Assembly (NCBI GenBank): GCA_951406725.2
Contig: OX597826.1
Location: 34,286,001 to 34,350,000 of the forward strand
From: Octopus vulgaris
Taxonomy: Eukaryota
Length of the DNA: 64,000 nt
Direction of reading: 5' to 3'
In this document: piece after piece, positions 31,437 through 46,171 of the stretch
Position numbering within the stretch: the first letter of the stretch is position 1
How the letters are laid out: each line of letters begins with the position of its first letter
Made by a program: the position numbers and the translations under genes
The notes under the pieces: model-generated
Told to the model about the DNA's origin: nothing
The model's input: the letters and a program-made list of their open reading frames with translations, nothing else
Database searches by the model: none

Positions 31437-32954
31437 ATATTTTTCAGGTTTTATTTAAGTGTCATGTCTGCCAGTTTAGTCCTCAAATGACAGGCAATGA
31501 TAATTCTCAGCTTCCCAGAATCCCCTTTTATTCAAATTTGTGTATCCTGATACTTGATAATACTTAACTTTAGATGTAAGAATCCTATTCAATGTTCTGA
31601 AGTTGCCATTCCATGGACTTATAAGACTTTGATGTGATCGTAGAGACACTTTTGTGACATTCGACTTTCTCAGTCATTTTAAACCTGGCAAAGCCCATCC
31701 ATCCTGGGTCTGAAAACAACCGATGTCTTCCAGAGGGGCGAGACAGAAGCAAGCAGAAAATAAAGGTGAGTGAAAGAGAAGAATTAATAGCAGTACAAAG
31801 TCCTCTATTTTCCATGCAGGAATAAACAAAAGGGATCGTTGAACTCGGTAGTATCTAAGCCCAACGAACAGAGAATCAGAATGATTATTGTATAGTGATT
31901 AATCCGAAGTTCTGACGACTTTCTCAGTTGTTCAGATTCTCTTCAATTATAAAGTATCTAATTTGAGTCGACTTACAAGCAATTATTTATAAACTTAACA
32001 TTTTGCCGGACTAGATGAAGGTCATATAGATATCCATACAAAACCCATAGAATATGTTCTGTGAATGATGAAGTAAATATAACATCGAATAAATAATATA
32101 CATGTATTCATTACGCACATACACCAACAAATACACACACACACACACAAACATACAATTTCTTAACTTGTCCTTATTATAGGTATCAAGCAATGAATGT
32201 GTGATTAAGCATAGGAATCAGAGAAAAATATATATAAGTGGTATTTACCACCTTAAGGGCAAACGTAAAAGCTAGCAGCAACAATTAAATTTGGGTTATA
32301 TAATCAGTACACCAAGGAAATACCACCCACATAATCACATTGGTTTACTGGCATTACATTAATAAGCAGGCTTCATCGTTTACATTAAGGTTATATTTCA
32401 TGTCTGTAGCCTTGAAATTTCATACCGAGTTAAAGAAAGTTTACTTCTCAATCACTTGCAAAATCAATTAAGATAATTCTTACATTCTGACTTGTGTCTA
32501 ATGGAGAACTTACTTATAGTTATACTAAAAGAGCAGTATTTGCACATTAACCATACACAGACCGCTGCAGCTTCAAATTCAGACGTTAAAAGCACTTTTA
32601 AAACAGAAGAAAACAAGACTATTATCTACAGAGTTTCTTCATGCTGAGCAAAATAATAGCTCAGGCGTGTAAGAGACTGGTTTAATGTCATAGAGTAAGA
32701 TATATATATTTTTTATACTGATGTTTTGGTTTTTGATAGATAACATTGAGAATTGCATTTTACAAAATGAACACTAGGCACGTATATTTTTCATTCATCT
32801 TCATCTCAAACATTTCCAGACAGAAATACAATAAAAGTCAGTAAACATTAATTCTTCAACTATTATCTTATTGTATAACGACACACACACAAGCACACAT
32901 AATGTCTGTATGTGTGTGTGTGTATATATATCTATATCTATATATGTATATATG

Positions 32955-33028
<74 letters not shown>

Positions 33029-34034
33029 ATGTATGTGTGTGTAAATCTGTGTATGTGTGTCATTGATCTTCTATTTTATGATTTAATCAAATGGTTCACT
33101 GCTGAAGAAAAGTGAAAAGAATCTAAAAAGAAAACAATAAATATGCAAACAACATATAAATCACAGAACCTATATAATATATCATAGCAAAGTAGTCTTT
33201 GAAACAGGTCTTCATTGTTATAGCCTAACCAGTTCTTTCAATTAGAATTTCTACTAGTCCAATCCCTGAAAATGTAAAAGTTTACCAAATAAAATTTGGC
33301 CAATTTCGCTTGCAGCTTCGTTGATTAGTATACCACTAACTTTTATTAATGTTCATCTTTGACATCATTTTAAAGTTATTTGTAGACTACCATCTCCCTT
33401 GACTTCAACAAAACGTTGAAATATCATGAATTGGCGGTTTGCTTGAGAAGTTTCTTTCCTAGCTGAATGGGTACAAGTTCGTTCCAATGCTGCGGGATAT
33501 TAAGCATGTTTTAGTTTTTTCTTTTGGTTTTCCATACTATCAAATTGATCAAAACTTTATTAGTGGACGTTTCTACTAACACTGTTCAGACGCTCGTAGT
33601 CTACATGCATTCGCAGCAATTTAACTGTCTTATGTATATGGTAAAAATATACACTCGTGTAATATATAAACAATCAGACCTTATAAAGTATGTATAAAGT
33701 TTTTGAACATTCATATAGATATCTAGTAGAATAAAAATAGACACACCCAGTGCAACATGTGCACACACACACACACACACACATACACACACGTTGTACA
33801 TGTGTGATTGTGTATGTGTATGTGTGTGTGTGTTTATATGTATGTATTTGTTTTCTGGAAACCCAACAGCAAAACATCTTGAGCTGTAAAAGAATGGGAT
33901 GACCCACAACAAAGAGCGGTTTCTTACAGTGAAGAAAGTATGTAGAAGAGGAGCTTACTAGATGGGGGTCTTAACAAGAACACATATCCACATGCAAAAC
34001 ACGCATATGCGGTCATGTATATATATATATGTAT

Positions 34035-34222
34035 ATAGGAAAAAAGCAACAAGAATGGATTAAAATCTCGGTACAATTGTTTCGTACGAGGACATCTTTA
34101 ATAAGCTACAAAAAATGCAGTAAATATGCAGTAAATATGCATTTTTTGTAGCTTATTAAAGATGTCCTCGTACGAAACAATTGTACCGAGATTTTAATCC
34201 ATTCTTGTTGCTTTTTTCCTAT
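34035..34222. repeat. Perfect inverted repeat (85-bp arms, 34035-34119 / 34138-34222) in a module between (TA)n tracts
   Basis: Arms are exact reverse complements; the centre contains a tandem duplication of GTAAATATGCA. Confidence 0.95.
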
Positions 34223-34344
34223 TTGTAATCACCCCACTTGTCGTATGGTTAACACAATATAGATTTCCGGTGCATCCTAGTTAGGGACCATATTCATGTG
34301 AGTTCATTAGAATTCACTTGAATCTCAATTACTTAAACCGAATA

Positions 34345-34394
<50 letters not shown>

Positions 34395-34395
<1 letters not shown>

Positions 34396-34996
34396 CTTAG
34401 ATGACTTAGATTGGTTTCGGCCATTATCGGCCCAGGCCATGACTAACTCAGTAGCATCACCTGGAAAAGTATTTTAGTTAATTATTTCGGGATAACATTG
34501 AAAAGTACAGGAACCTTTGCAGAGAAGAAATTGTGTTGCATTGTTCTTATGTGATGTGATTGCGACGTTTGTAGGGGACGCATTGCACCGGGGCCTAGTC
34601 TTAGGTGAATCGTAAATATAATACCGATATCATTTGGATAATATTGGCGGTATATTTTCCACATGGTGCAAATAATATATCGCTCACAGCAGCGTTGCAG
34701 ATTAAAGAGCTTCAGCTGTTTAAGTCGAGCCCAATAAACATGTTCCATCATGCCTTTTTGGTCATTGACCTTTGTGGCGCTTCGATCCTCGTTATATCTT
34801 GTTTTTTTCTGTAAAGGGACAACAATGAGAAGCAGTATTCGAGGTGTGGCATAGCGAATGTAGAGAAGAGAAGGATGATCCTTAGCTTGAAAAGTTCTGA
34901 GGATGCATGAGCACGATCTGCGGGCAACATCGACATTTTTGTTGATGTGCACACTCCAGCCAAGGTTGCTGTCGACTGTTACACCTGAGTCTCTGA
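34395..34996 (-). mobile_element. Short 5'-truncated, decayed CR1/L2-group LINE, copy 2 (related subfamily)
   Basis: HINKNVDVARR, PHLEYC, YWARLKQLKLFNLQRCCERYIICTMWKIYRQ...HNFFS align with the C-terminus of copy 1. Same 3' end (GGCCTG-stem-loop-GAAAC..ATCTAAGT x2) abutting (TA)n. Confidence 0.88.
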
Positions 34997-35053
34997 TATA
35001 AATAGGTGTGTGTGTGTGTGTGTCTCTGTGTGTGCGTGTGTGTGCGTATGTGT

Positions 35054-35283
35054 AAGGCGGTGAACTGGCTGAACCGTTAGCAGGCAGAGCAGAATACTTA
35101 GCGACATTACGTAAGTCTGCACATTTTGAGTTCAGCTGCCGCTGTGGTCGACATTATCTTTAATTCTCCTTTCTTCAGAGTCGATGAAATAAGTACTAGT
35201 CAAATATTGGACTCCTTTTATTTGATATCTCCCCTTCTCCCCATAAGATGCTTTACCTGGGCCAAAACTTGAAACGATGAAAT
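35054..35283 (+). mobile_element. Diverged tRNA-type SINE (family A)
   Basis: AAGGCGGTGAACTGGCTGAACCGTTAGCA head, GAGTTCA, GGTCGAC, GTCGATGAAATAAGTAC. Confidence 0.7.
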
Positions 35284-36597
35284 AATAACTGTATAACGTA
35301 TGTATTATTTCCACGTTCAACAGTAAAATTTACATTTTAAATATTAAACTCAACGTTGTATGTAAATTCTGTCGATTCAAACAAATCATTTACCGCTAAA
35401 AAAATTACGAGATATGCTATGAAGTTATTTATTATTTTTTATGTTTGAATCTTTAGATATCTTAATGTAAGCCATGCTCTGTTATATTTTATAGTTCCAG
35501 TCACGTGTTTGTTTGGATTTTTTTTCCTTTTCTCTCAGACGGCAGAATAGTTACAGAGTTACCAGACAATGAAAGCAGACATCCTTTGTTCAGAATTAGA
35601 TTTGAGGCTGGTATTTCAATATAATTAATTAACACATGGAAAAATAATCAACAGACTCGAAATATATCAACTTTCTATTTCATATTTACAGATGCGATTT
35701 TTATCTTTTCCTATCAGTCTACTTTACATATCACTTGCAATATTATTTTTTACCCATAATTACTATAATATATTGACATCACATTTTTATTTTTGGATTT
35801 GATATTTTGCTATTTTGTATCAATTTCTATTTTCATTTCTTAATGCTCTAACCTCAAGGCTATTGATATAATGTTTTGCGTTTACCGTTTTCTTTTTCGG
35901 TGACGATGTGATGGTATTTTCCTATCATCTTGTGACTAAATTTTTGTGTTTTTTGCTGACAATTTAACACCATCTAAATGCTGGCTTGCATCTTTTAAAC
36001 GATGGAATAACAAGAAAGATAAACCAATATAATAATAATAGAGAAGTACATAAAACTCAAGTCAAGACACGTCTTCAGATGATGAACTTAATATATTTTC
36101 TATATCTAGTTTGTTTATCCCGGGAGGAAGAATTATGAAATTCATATAAATAGCATTTCTTTAAAACGTTTGCGGCCATTTAAGCCACAAAGAATTTTAT
36201 AAGCTGTCGTATTTCTTAAAAACACTATTCCTTTGGGAAGACTGAATGTAGACAAAAATTGATAAATTAATTTGCAGCTTGCAAGTCAGTGAATTTGACA
36301 CTGTAGGAAGTATCACTTTAAATTAGATATACAAATATGTCAGAAAATATTATCAATGTAACTTTTTAATTTAAGATTGATAAGGGCAGTTTATTTTTAT
36401 ATAATTAAATTCAGTCGATATGACCTAAAGAAGGAAAATAAAAAGAATGAAGAAAAATCAAAAGTGAAAAATAGGATGGATTAATGTTTTTTTTTTAAAT
36501 AATAACCTGTTATAAAATCTTGTTCTTTCTGTCCTTAACATTTTATCACCATTTTCAGATGAAATCATAATTCTTCAGGGGCCTGTTTCTGAAGAAC

Positions 36598-37522
36598 TGA
36601 CGATTATTTAAAAATAATAAGACTAGTAATGTTGAGAAAGAGAGAATTTATTACATTACTTCAATAAAAAATATTCAAGATAAAATAAAATTGGGGATTA
36701 CTATGTTGTTTGTTCTTTACGACTAAAGTCTGCAATGAGAGACAGCAGTGAACTTCAGGAGGAAATGTGTCGAGTGACATCGCTGTGTTTACTTCGTAAG
36801 TTGTGGAATGTTTTGTGATCATCTGTATGTTGTATTCTGCGATTTTGTTATAGACAGGAAGTTTGAACAAAGAGCCAACGTGACTTGGGAAGTCTACTAC
36901 AGAGACTTTGAGTACGTCCTTGAGACGAAGCAGCAGTCGTCACAATAGAAGCGCCTTTCATCTCCACGCCAGAAGACACAAAACAGCACGTTCTCTTCGA
37001 CGTACGCGGGATTGTGCATCGAGAATTCGTCCCGTAGGGCCAGACCGTTAATCGAGAGTTCTACTTCGGTATTTTGAAGCTTGTGGGGAGAGACATTTTG
37101 TGAAAACGACTGCATCTCTGGTGCGCGAAGAGTTGGATTCTTCACGACGACAATCCACTCTATCACTGAATTCTCCTCACCCCTGAGCTTCTCCCCACAA
37201 AACAACATAATATCGCTTCCTCATCCGCTCTATTCGTCAGATTTAGCGCCTGCGGACTTCATTCTCTCTTTTAAGATGAAAAGGCAGCTCAAAGATTACC
37301 ATTTTAACACCGTAGACGAGATCCAAAGCAAATCGCAGAAAATCCACGATTCGATTTTGGAAAACGACATTCAGGCCGAATTCCAAACGTAGCAGGTGCG
37401 CTGGGACCGGTGTATTGCTGTAAAATGTGATTAGTTCGAAGGAGATGATGTCAAAGCTTTGGTAAAGAAGTCAATTTTTATTAAACATAACTAGTCCGGA
37501 CGTTTTTGATACAACCTTTGTA
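36598..37522 (+). mobile_element. Decayed Tc1/mariner (mariner-type) DNA transposon
   Basis: Transposase C-terminus HPLYSSDLAPADF (YSPDLAP-D motif), LHDDN in another frame, terminal RWDRCI..FEGD. Right TIR-like end GTCCGGACGTTTTTGATACAACCTTTG|TA. Left TIR only weakly visible (GACTAGTAATGTT near 36621). Confidence 0.82.
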
Positions 37523-40500
37523 ATTCCATTGTGAATAGACAACAACAAAATACGAAAATACAGAGAAATATATGACCCCTAAATTAATACAAGATTCCTA
37601 GTTTCCATCTATATTTGAAGCCCTTTTTTGACATAGCACGCTTTATATTTCTTAAAATCTTATATACTCCAAACGATTAAAAAGTAAATTCAACTCCTGT
37701 AGGATTTGAACTCTTATATAAAGGGTTTAAAGTAAAAGACGGAAAATGGATTTGGGAAAATATGTTTGGTGCTTTAATATGCACACTGACTCCATTGGTT
37801 CACTGCAGTAACAGAAATACTTAATCGGGATTATTTTGTAGCACAGTAAATCATATGAGTTTTCAGTTATTCTATACATGGGATTAGTCAACGAAAGTAA
37901 TGATTCTTACTGCTTAGTGATTATTTTACTGTCAGTTGATTGTGTAAAGAATTATCACATAAAAGATTATGGCAGACAAAAGATTTGAAAATGTTCTCAG
38001 ACTCACAGAAATTCTAAACTAAGCAAAGGCCACAATCAATAAATGAAAGCTTAATCCATGAAAGCGTCAATATGTCTAATCTGCTTGGTACAAAAGGAAA
38101 ATGTATTTTAAGATACAATACTTGGTGTTTGTATATCAATAGCTACTAAATTAAGCACTGCGCTGCACAACTACTGTTTTCCAGTTACAACTCCTATGTG
38201 TCTGCAACAACTTGTGATAGATATTTCTGCTGTTTTTCTTTTCAAGAACGACAATCCTCGGACTTTTGTTCCAGTAAATTTTTTTCTCGCATAATACTGG
38301 TATCCAAATCTTTAAACAGCATACAAATAATATTTGTCCAACACAAATTTTCCTTACTCACATTCTTACGCTGGGAAAGGATTTAGTTACCAGTATATCT
38401 TCTTAGCAACACCCCCTACACACACACATACACACTCACACTTGCATACATGGACACACCCACACCCGCACACAAGCACACACACACAATATACCTTTGT
38501 TACTTTCTCTACATGTATTGTTCAATTAATTTTCCTTTCATTAGAAAACTTACGTGTAGTGGAAATGTCATGGTATTTTTACAAGCTACGACATTTCTGC
38601 AGACCAATGCCGCTAGTTTAAAATATAATATTCATCTATCTGCAACCAAATGCGTAGAATGCAAATAATAAACATTTCTATTATTTCTATGCTATAATAT
38701 TTAGCTTTGCATATATCGAAATTGCTCAATGCCATAACATTTCATATATATTTTCGTAAACTAGACAATCCCAAAATCATCTGATGGGTTTCTGACAAAT
38801 ACTAGAATTCCAGAGCCGTAAAGGTTGTTAACCAAACTTTGGGTTGAATTAAGCCATAGAGAATCCATTTGTGGTGAGCATTATTTACTAAAATGTGTAA
38901 ATGATCTGATGTTCATTAATCTGCCCCTAATTCCTGAGTAAATAACAACCCTGAATCGTTGGATCCGACACTTTATAAATCAGCAAAATATGCCAGAATT
39001 AGCTATTTTGGTAAACAACAATGGAAGAACCGTATAACTTGATTCTACTGTGTGGATTGGCAGATATAGATCTGTGTTTTACAAAAGAAAAAAAACTAAA
39101 CATTGCCAGAAACATGAAAAAACAAAAAAACATGTTATTTCTATATTTAACAAAATGTGAATTTGTGCCCTATGAAGTGTCGAAATTTAATTTTCGGTTT
39201 TGACTGCCGAATCAGTGGAGAAGTACAATAATGTTCCAGAATTTGAGGAACGGAGAGGATAGGATTATTCGAACTGGAATATGATGAATTATCATAGGTT
39301 TAGTGTAGTAGGGCATAAAATGTCTTAGAATTTAAAAAAATGAAAGAAATGTTCTTTACTTTCCGAGTTCAAATCTGTCAGGGTAGATTTTGTTTTCCAG
39401 TGGACGGAAATACTCGTTAAATATTCTATTTATTTTAATCAACATGTAGGTTATCGAACAATATATATCCCTGCTTTAATGTTGTAAATCTTTGTTGTTT
39501 CCTGGTGGTGGATTGGTAAATGCATGACAATATCGGTGAAGTGACAAAACAAAAATGCCCTGTGACATCTGGTTCTTAATTTTTACCTCCTGATTCGAAA
39601 TTCCACCTACGCTGAACTTGCCCTTTATTCTTTCGAGGTCATGAAAGTACTGCCATCAATTGGAATAAGTGTTTCCTAGGCATAAAAAGCATTTGAGCTT
39701 CAGATCATTTAGAAAAACAAATTATAAGTTCTGTTGAAGAACGTTAAAGACAGAGAATTGCAGTCTCTATCTGTTAGTATAAATATGCCGTCACTCTGTA
39801 ACTTGAAGGATTTGAAGCTTAAAAGGGTTAAGTGCTATCGATTCTTCTGTAACTCATAATTCGTTGGAACCACACAGTATAATCTTAAGTCATTTAAACG
39901 TTTCTCTCGGTCCTCATGAATATTTTTATTCTGTATTTTTAAGCCAATAAAGTTTTCATTTTACAAACATTATTCGTACCTTTTAGATCGTCATTTTCTT
40001 TCAATGGTGTTTGTAACTGGAAGTAGTGGGGGGGGGAACTACCTTGCAAAATAAGGGCTTTCTCTGAGAAGACAGAGCATGTTTGAATGCATTTTTCCAA
40101 GAAACTACTTGAAGATTTTAAGATCTCATTTGTATTTTCAGTTTTTGGCATTAAGTAAATGAGAAACAGATCCAGGCAGGATGCTTTACTAGTTTGGATG
40201 TCGATTCTCAATCATGTAATGTCTTACAAAAATGGCAGCGATACATAACAAGTGGTCGAACGAAAATGTTTATTTTGGACAACTGCTGCTGATATGAATA
40301 TATTCTATTAACAGATAATTCAATGCCTTAAGAATCATTAAAGCATCTGGCTATCTTACATCTACCGTGGCAGGTGATTTTTAAAAATTCAATATATTAG
40401 TCTTGGGGAATGACAGTGCCGATAATATTTGCAAGAACACTGAGACTGGTTGGAGGGAAAACGAAATACTTTTGGCTATCATGGTTGAATACTGTCCACA

Positions 40501-42116
40501 ATGTAGATTTCACTGAAGAAATCTAACTTGCCAAGTGATGGAGTTAACCGGCCGAAGCACTATCTATACAGCTCCAGTAGGCATTATCGAAAATTGAAAT
40601 CAGAATACTCTGGATTGTACATCTTAGTTTCCTGAAAGGATGAGAAATAACCTCAGAAGTATTTGAAACTCGATTGTAGACAATCGGACAAAACTCTCCA
40701 CGATGATGCATGCTGAATAACTGTCCCAGTTCAGCAGTCATCAGGGATTTCATAAGAACTAATGTGGATTACTGTTACTACCTAGCTTCCAGTTAATCTT
40801 GATCATACTGATATTTTCAGCTATTATCTCACCATAATTTTAGCGCTACTGCATTATCTAATATGGCGTTAGAAGGGGATGCCTTATAGATTTGGATGAT
40901 AGTTCGATCGAATCCAAAGAATGTCAATCTATAGTTCATTTGTACTGTGTGAGAAGAATATAGACTGGAACTTATTTAATTAAGTTTGGTCGAGTTGGAA
41001 ATTTATTTTGGTTTCGAATGTAGAATTTTTCCAAAACTGATTTTATGATTTTTGAAAGAATGGTATTATTTACAAGTGATAAGTAAATAATATGTTTGAT
41101 AGAACACATCCAGAGAAAATATAATTTAATATAATTATGGACAACTTTCCGGCGTGATATGGTTAAAATAAGGTTTTACGAGTTTTGTGAAAGGATTCTG
41201 ACCACCCACAAAGCGACTAAAGTTGGACTCACACGTTGTTATAAAATAAAGAACTGTGAGCGATTGGGATGTCAGATTGGTAAGCAGTTCACTGTGAGCC
41301 GTTCATTGAGAACGTTGTGTATTGTGTAAAAGTGATCGTATTGCGTCATGTAAACAGTTCCTTTTCCTCCTGCTTCGTCAAATTATATATCCAAGATGTA
41401 AAAGCTAGTAAAAAAGAAAAGTGTGTGAGTGTGCTACAATTAACATTTCAAAATATGATACTAAAATTGTGAAAACAGAGAAATAAACAAAAATTATCCT
41501 AGAAGGGTATGAAGAAACAAACCAAACATAAATGTAAATAAAACCTATCAACTACATGAATAACGACAAGCGTTTGTCTTGAAGTGATTTGGAGAAAGCT
41601 GAGAATGTACTCATGTCAAGAGACACAGAGGAGAGAAGAAGATCGCACAAAGATGGGGAATTAAATCCGACACTTGTAACAGTATATATTTAATATTATC
41701 TTGTGTATACACAGATGCGTAGAGGAAGACATGCATGTAGAGCAGAACACACACAGACACATATGGAAACGCAAAAAGGCAGGCATTGCTTAGATATAAA
41801 AACATTCGTAAAACTAATAAAAAACACACCAGTCCTGGAATGGTTAAAATGATCAATACTTTTAGACTTGCAAAATTATGTTAGTATCAATATATCTATT
41901 GCCTTGAATTAGCACAGATATCTAAAAATGTAACCACACACGATCTGTATATCTTTGTCCTCGGCAATTTGTCACTGTCTTCCTTTATACTACAGACAGG
42001 TCTAAACATGTACACACGCGCACACATAAAACCTCATACAAACACACAAACGCACTCGGCATACATAAATATATTGTTGTTATGCGTATATATGAAAATG
42101 CATATGTATGTACATC

Positions 42117-42352
42117 TAAGTATGCATATATACATACATACATACAAATATACATATATATATGTGTGTGTGTGTGTATTTATGAGACCGTATCAGTGTA
42201 TAAGTAATTATATATATATATATATATATTAGCTATTTTACATACATAATTACTTATACACTGATACGGCCTCATAAATACACACATACATACATACACA
42301 ATCACACACATATATGCATCTTTGTACGTATGTATGTATATATGCATACTTA
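42117..42352. repeat. Inverted repeat around a (TA)n core (arms ~42117-42211 / 42246-42352)
   Basis: GTGTGTATTTATGAGACCGTATCAGTGTATAAGTAATTAT is mirrored with one mismatch; FMRPYQCISNY appears on both strands in the track. Confidence 0.88.
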
Positions 42353-42764
42353 CATATATATATATATATATATATATAAGGAAAAAATCTACTTTTCGTT
42401 TGGCCTGAAGGAAAGCCACTTAATAAATTTTAAATTACTTTTTTCTTCATGAACTTCTAGTACACTCTTTCCAGAGGGAACCAGTGAACCCAGAATAATC
42501 CAGTTATGTACAAATTAACTGTCTAGTTGTCTATGTCATGTTTCCAGTTGATAACGTTAGTGGCTGGCGGTAAGTCTAGAGGGGTAGGGAGAGTACAGAC
42601 ACATCTTAACGACAGTATCTAAACGGGCACATGGTTACTGTTTTCAGATCTTCTCAACCTAGTCTTGTTTCTAATTTATTTTTGGAATACGCATACATGT
42701 ATGTGTATGTACATGTACAAAATGTATATGTTAGTATAATATATTTATCTACGTGTATATTCAG

Positions 42765-42795
<31 letters not shown>

Positions 42796-42815
42796 CATGT
42801 GTGTGTGTGTGTCTC

Positions 42816-42858
<43 letters not shown>

Positions 42859-43013
42859 TGTTTACACATGTATATTAACTATATATATATATATATATAA
42901 GTATACATGCCTCTATGCACATTACACTCAGAAATATAGTTTCATAAGCACTCATTTACATGTTTTATTTGCCTATACATCTGTATGTGCTTTGTACAAG
43001 ATATTTGTGTGTG

Positions 43014-43016
<3 letters not shown>

Positions 43017-43077
<61 letters not shown>

Positions 43078-43090
43078 TGTGTGTGAGTGT
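43017..43090. repeat. (GT)n microsatellite
   Basis: Directly visible. Confidence 0.95.
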
Positions 43091-46000
43091 GTTTTTGTGT
43101 GTGATTGTGTGTGTTTCTACATGCCTGTTTGAATATTGTGCAGTTTATTTCAAATTTAGATGTTGAAAGATCTTCCAACCGGAAAGGCATAATATAGTTT
43201 TGAAGTGTTTTACAAGTAGAATACTTTCATTGGTGCCATTTATAAAATGTTATTTAGTGTTATTTCACCTGAAGATATAAAAGATACAAGCAATAGATAT
43301 TTACACAATGCCATTTCAATCAGATCAATCTGTCGAAAATAGATTTGGTAAATGGTCTGGAAACAATGAATGGATCCATATAACTGTGGATATGTGAGTG
43401 CTTGTGTGCGTCTGCGTTCAAATATTCACTAATGTAATGCTTAGTATCCTCTAGTTTGACATAGTTTTCATGCTTTTTTCTTTCTTCTTTCATTGATAGC
43501 TTCTTTGCTTTTGATATTTAATTCACAAATGAACTTGTTCTATGTATATAACAGTAATTACAATGAGATCATGGACGCAAGCTGATATGAAATGTGTAAC
43601 TCTTTAGACATAACATACATATTAGTTTGCCTTCAGTCGGTTTTCGTCCTAAAATTATACGCCACTGCAATTCACATTTTATTGATATTTTATATATGTA
43701 TTTTAATCTGGTGTATTTACATACACTCCACGTTAGGATGCAGTATGTATGCGACACTGTTTCAATTCGTGATTGAATAAACTCATTCTCTTCCATGCAT
43801 TCTAGTTTCAATTTCTGTTTGTAACAAATAATAATTATACTTCTGAAAGCAATCACATGATATGATTTGAACCTTCTCCAACAAAGTCATCTACAACATT
43901 GTGAACAGTTGATGACAACTCTGATGTTGGGTACCATACGTATAGGGATGAAACAGTGTTTTATAATCTAAATTCCTCGAAATAATAATGAATTATCGCA
44001 TTCATTATCGAGGGATGAGACTGGTGTGACGTCATCACTAATGAACTTACTCTGGGAGCGATGAATTCTTTAAGACGTTTTGAGATATGTGAATTCGGCA
44101 TGTTAACGAACTTCATAGATTGACCCTTGAATCAGAATCTGAAACAAAAAAATATATGCAAATTGAAACTAATCAAATGCTTTCTAGATGCTAAACACTT
44201 ATGCGAATACATTCAAGATTTTGCTAACCACTCACATGCTACACACCATTTATATTTGAACCTATTGTGATTATTTCTAATGTTAAAAATCATTGTAAAC
44301 ACTCAGAAGTACCGTTTTATTACATCAGTATTTGGTCGGTTTTGTAATTAAAATATCACAGTTAGCTTTTATTTTATGGACATTTAAATGACAACTTCGT
44401 TGTTACAATACCAGTAAGCAATGGAGAATGTTGCTTGCCCACTAAAGTAAACTAAAAAATAACACGTGCTAAAAGCTGTCTCCCTTTGTGGCTCAGTTAA
44501 ATGACATAGTCAGTTAGGCATTAAGCACTGTGAAGAATTTTGATGTTAAAATTACTCGAATCGATCACTTATAAACTACATTGGAATTAAATTTGACCTC
44601 AATATTGATGGATTATTTCTTTACTATAGTTATGTCGTAATATAAATAAATCACAGTTTAATAACGCAGAAGCTCAATAATCAAACCTAGCAATGTATGT
44701 AAAATTTGCACCATATGTTTATGTAAATTAATTTTCAAAATAAAGTTTCGTTTCAGTCACAGAAAAAAATAGTAGAACACATCTTTTCAAGGCTTCCTTG
44801 AGGAGAAATCTTACGAAATTCGGAAAACCAAACAGAATGCTTGCTAGAGAATTACGTTCACTGAAGGCATCATTGATTATAAGATGTGAAACTTTAAATC
44901 TTTGGTGAAGGAATTCCTGACTTAACGTTCCAAAGAAAATGTATTATAGTATCAGGACTGAGACTGTGACAATTCTGCTCATCCTTGAAATGAAATTTCG
45001 TTTCATCGAGTTTGGAATATTCGTTGTAAGGTTGGCCTCGGTGACATCTAAAATCGGAACATAAAGAAACAGAAGAACTATTGTGTAATGAATCTTCTAA
45101 CACGCAACGTTTCTTTGATTAGATTTGTCTCTATAATTAGAATATCTGACTCAATAAAACAGTATTAGCGTAGTATAATAAACCATTGGCTTGGAATTTG
45201 ACAGAATTGCCAGGATAACTGCTGAGTGAATTTTGGTATATAAGTACATTATTTTACTTTAGGTCTTCAGATAACACTGTTGTCTATTTTCAATATTCAA
45301 AGGTCAAGAGAATAACTGAGAAAAAATGAGTATTATGGGTCCAACATATACGTGTTTGCAGTTTTACCAGTTCGATTATATCATGAATAGCCTAATAAAG
45401 TGTTCATTTATTTCCCAGACCAATAAAATGATCTACGGTGCCTCAAATAACCATGATAGTTTCTGCTTAATTACATAATATTTGGCTTTGAAATCAACCT
45501 ATCTAAAAACTTTTGAATTATACTATATCATGATTGATGGTATTCACCAACACTCCAGTTGTATGAACATCATATAGGTTGTGCATCTAAATGAACATTG
45601 CTCTCAAAATTCACAAGTAATAACTTTATTGTGGGGCCAGCCTTAAGAACTGTATATGATTGATAAAGAGATAAATCCCCGTTATGGCAAAATAGTTGAA
45701 AACGTACACAATTGAAAGTTGATTTTATTTTAGTACGAATTTCAAACTGCAAATGTTACGTTTAAAATTTCACTCTCGCGTTTTTCGTGTAACTACTTTC
45801 TGAACATCAGTAAATCTAACCTTCAGATTAAAAAAAAAAATGTACTTGTATGTCTAGATTCCTAATCAACTTTTGTGCTACTGTTACCTAAATAAGAGAA
45901 CTATTGAAGTAGTTGGAAATTGTGGAGTTTCAACTAAAATTACAAATAAAAAGCAAAAGATCAAATTTGATACTTTTACATCATACTATATTGGTCATAA

Positions 46001-46171
46001 TTATTTCGATGTAAAACAGAGGCTAGCAATCGAATTTGTCTCAAACGCAGAAACAATAATGAAATAAAATATTTCATATATTTGATTGTCCGACAATGAA
46101 GCTAAAGAAAGAGGAAAAATTCCATGTCGGTAGGAAGCAGTCGAATAAGAAAACTACGTAAAAGACAATTT

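Noticed and set aside
39818-39831. AAAAGGGTTAA resembling a piggyBac terminus
   Set aside because: No matching partner end or transposase sequence found nearby.
40707-40745. Minus-strand CUGAUGA plus hairpin
   Set aside because: No GAAA; no stem I or III.
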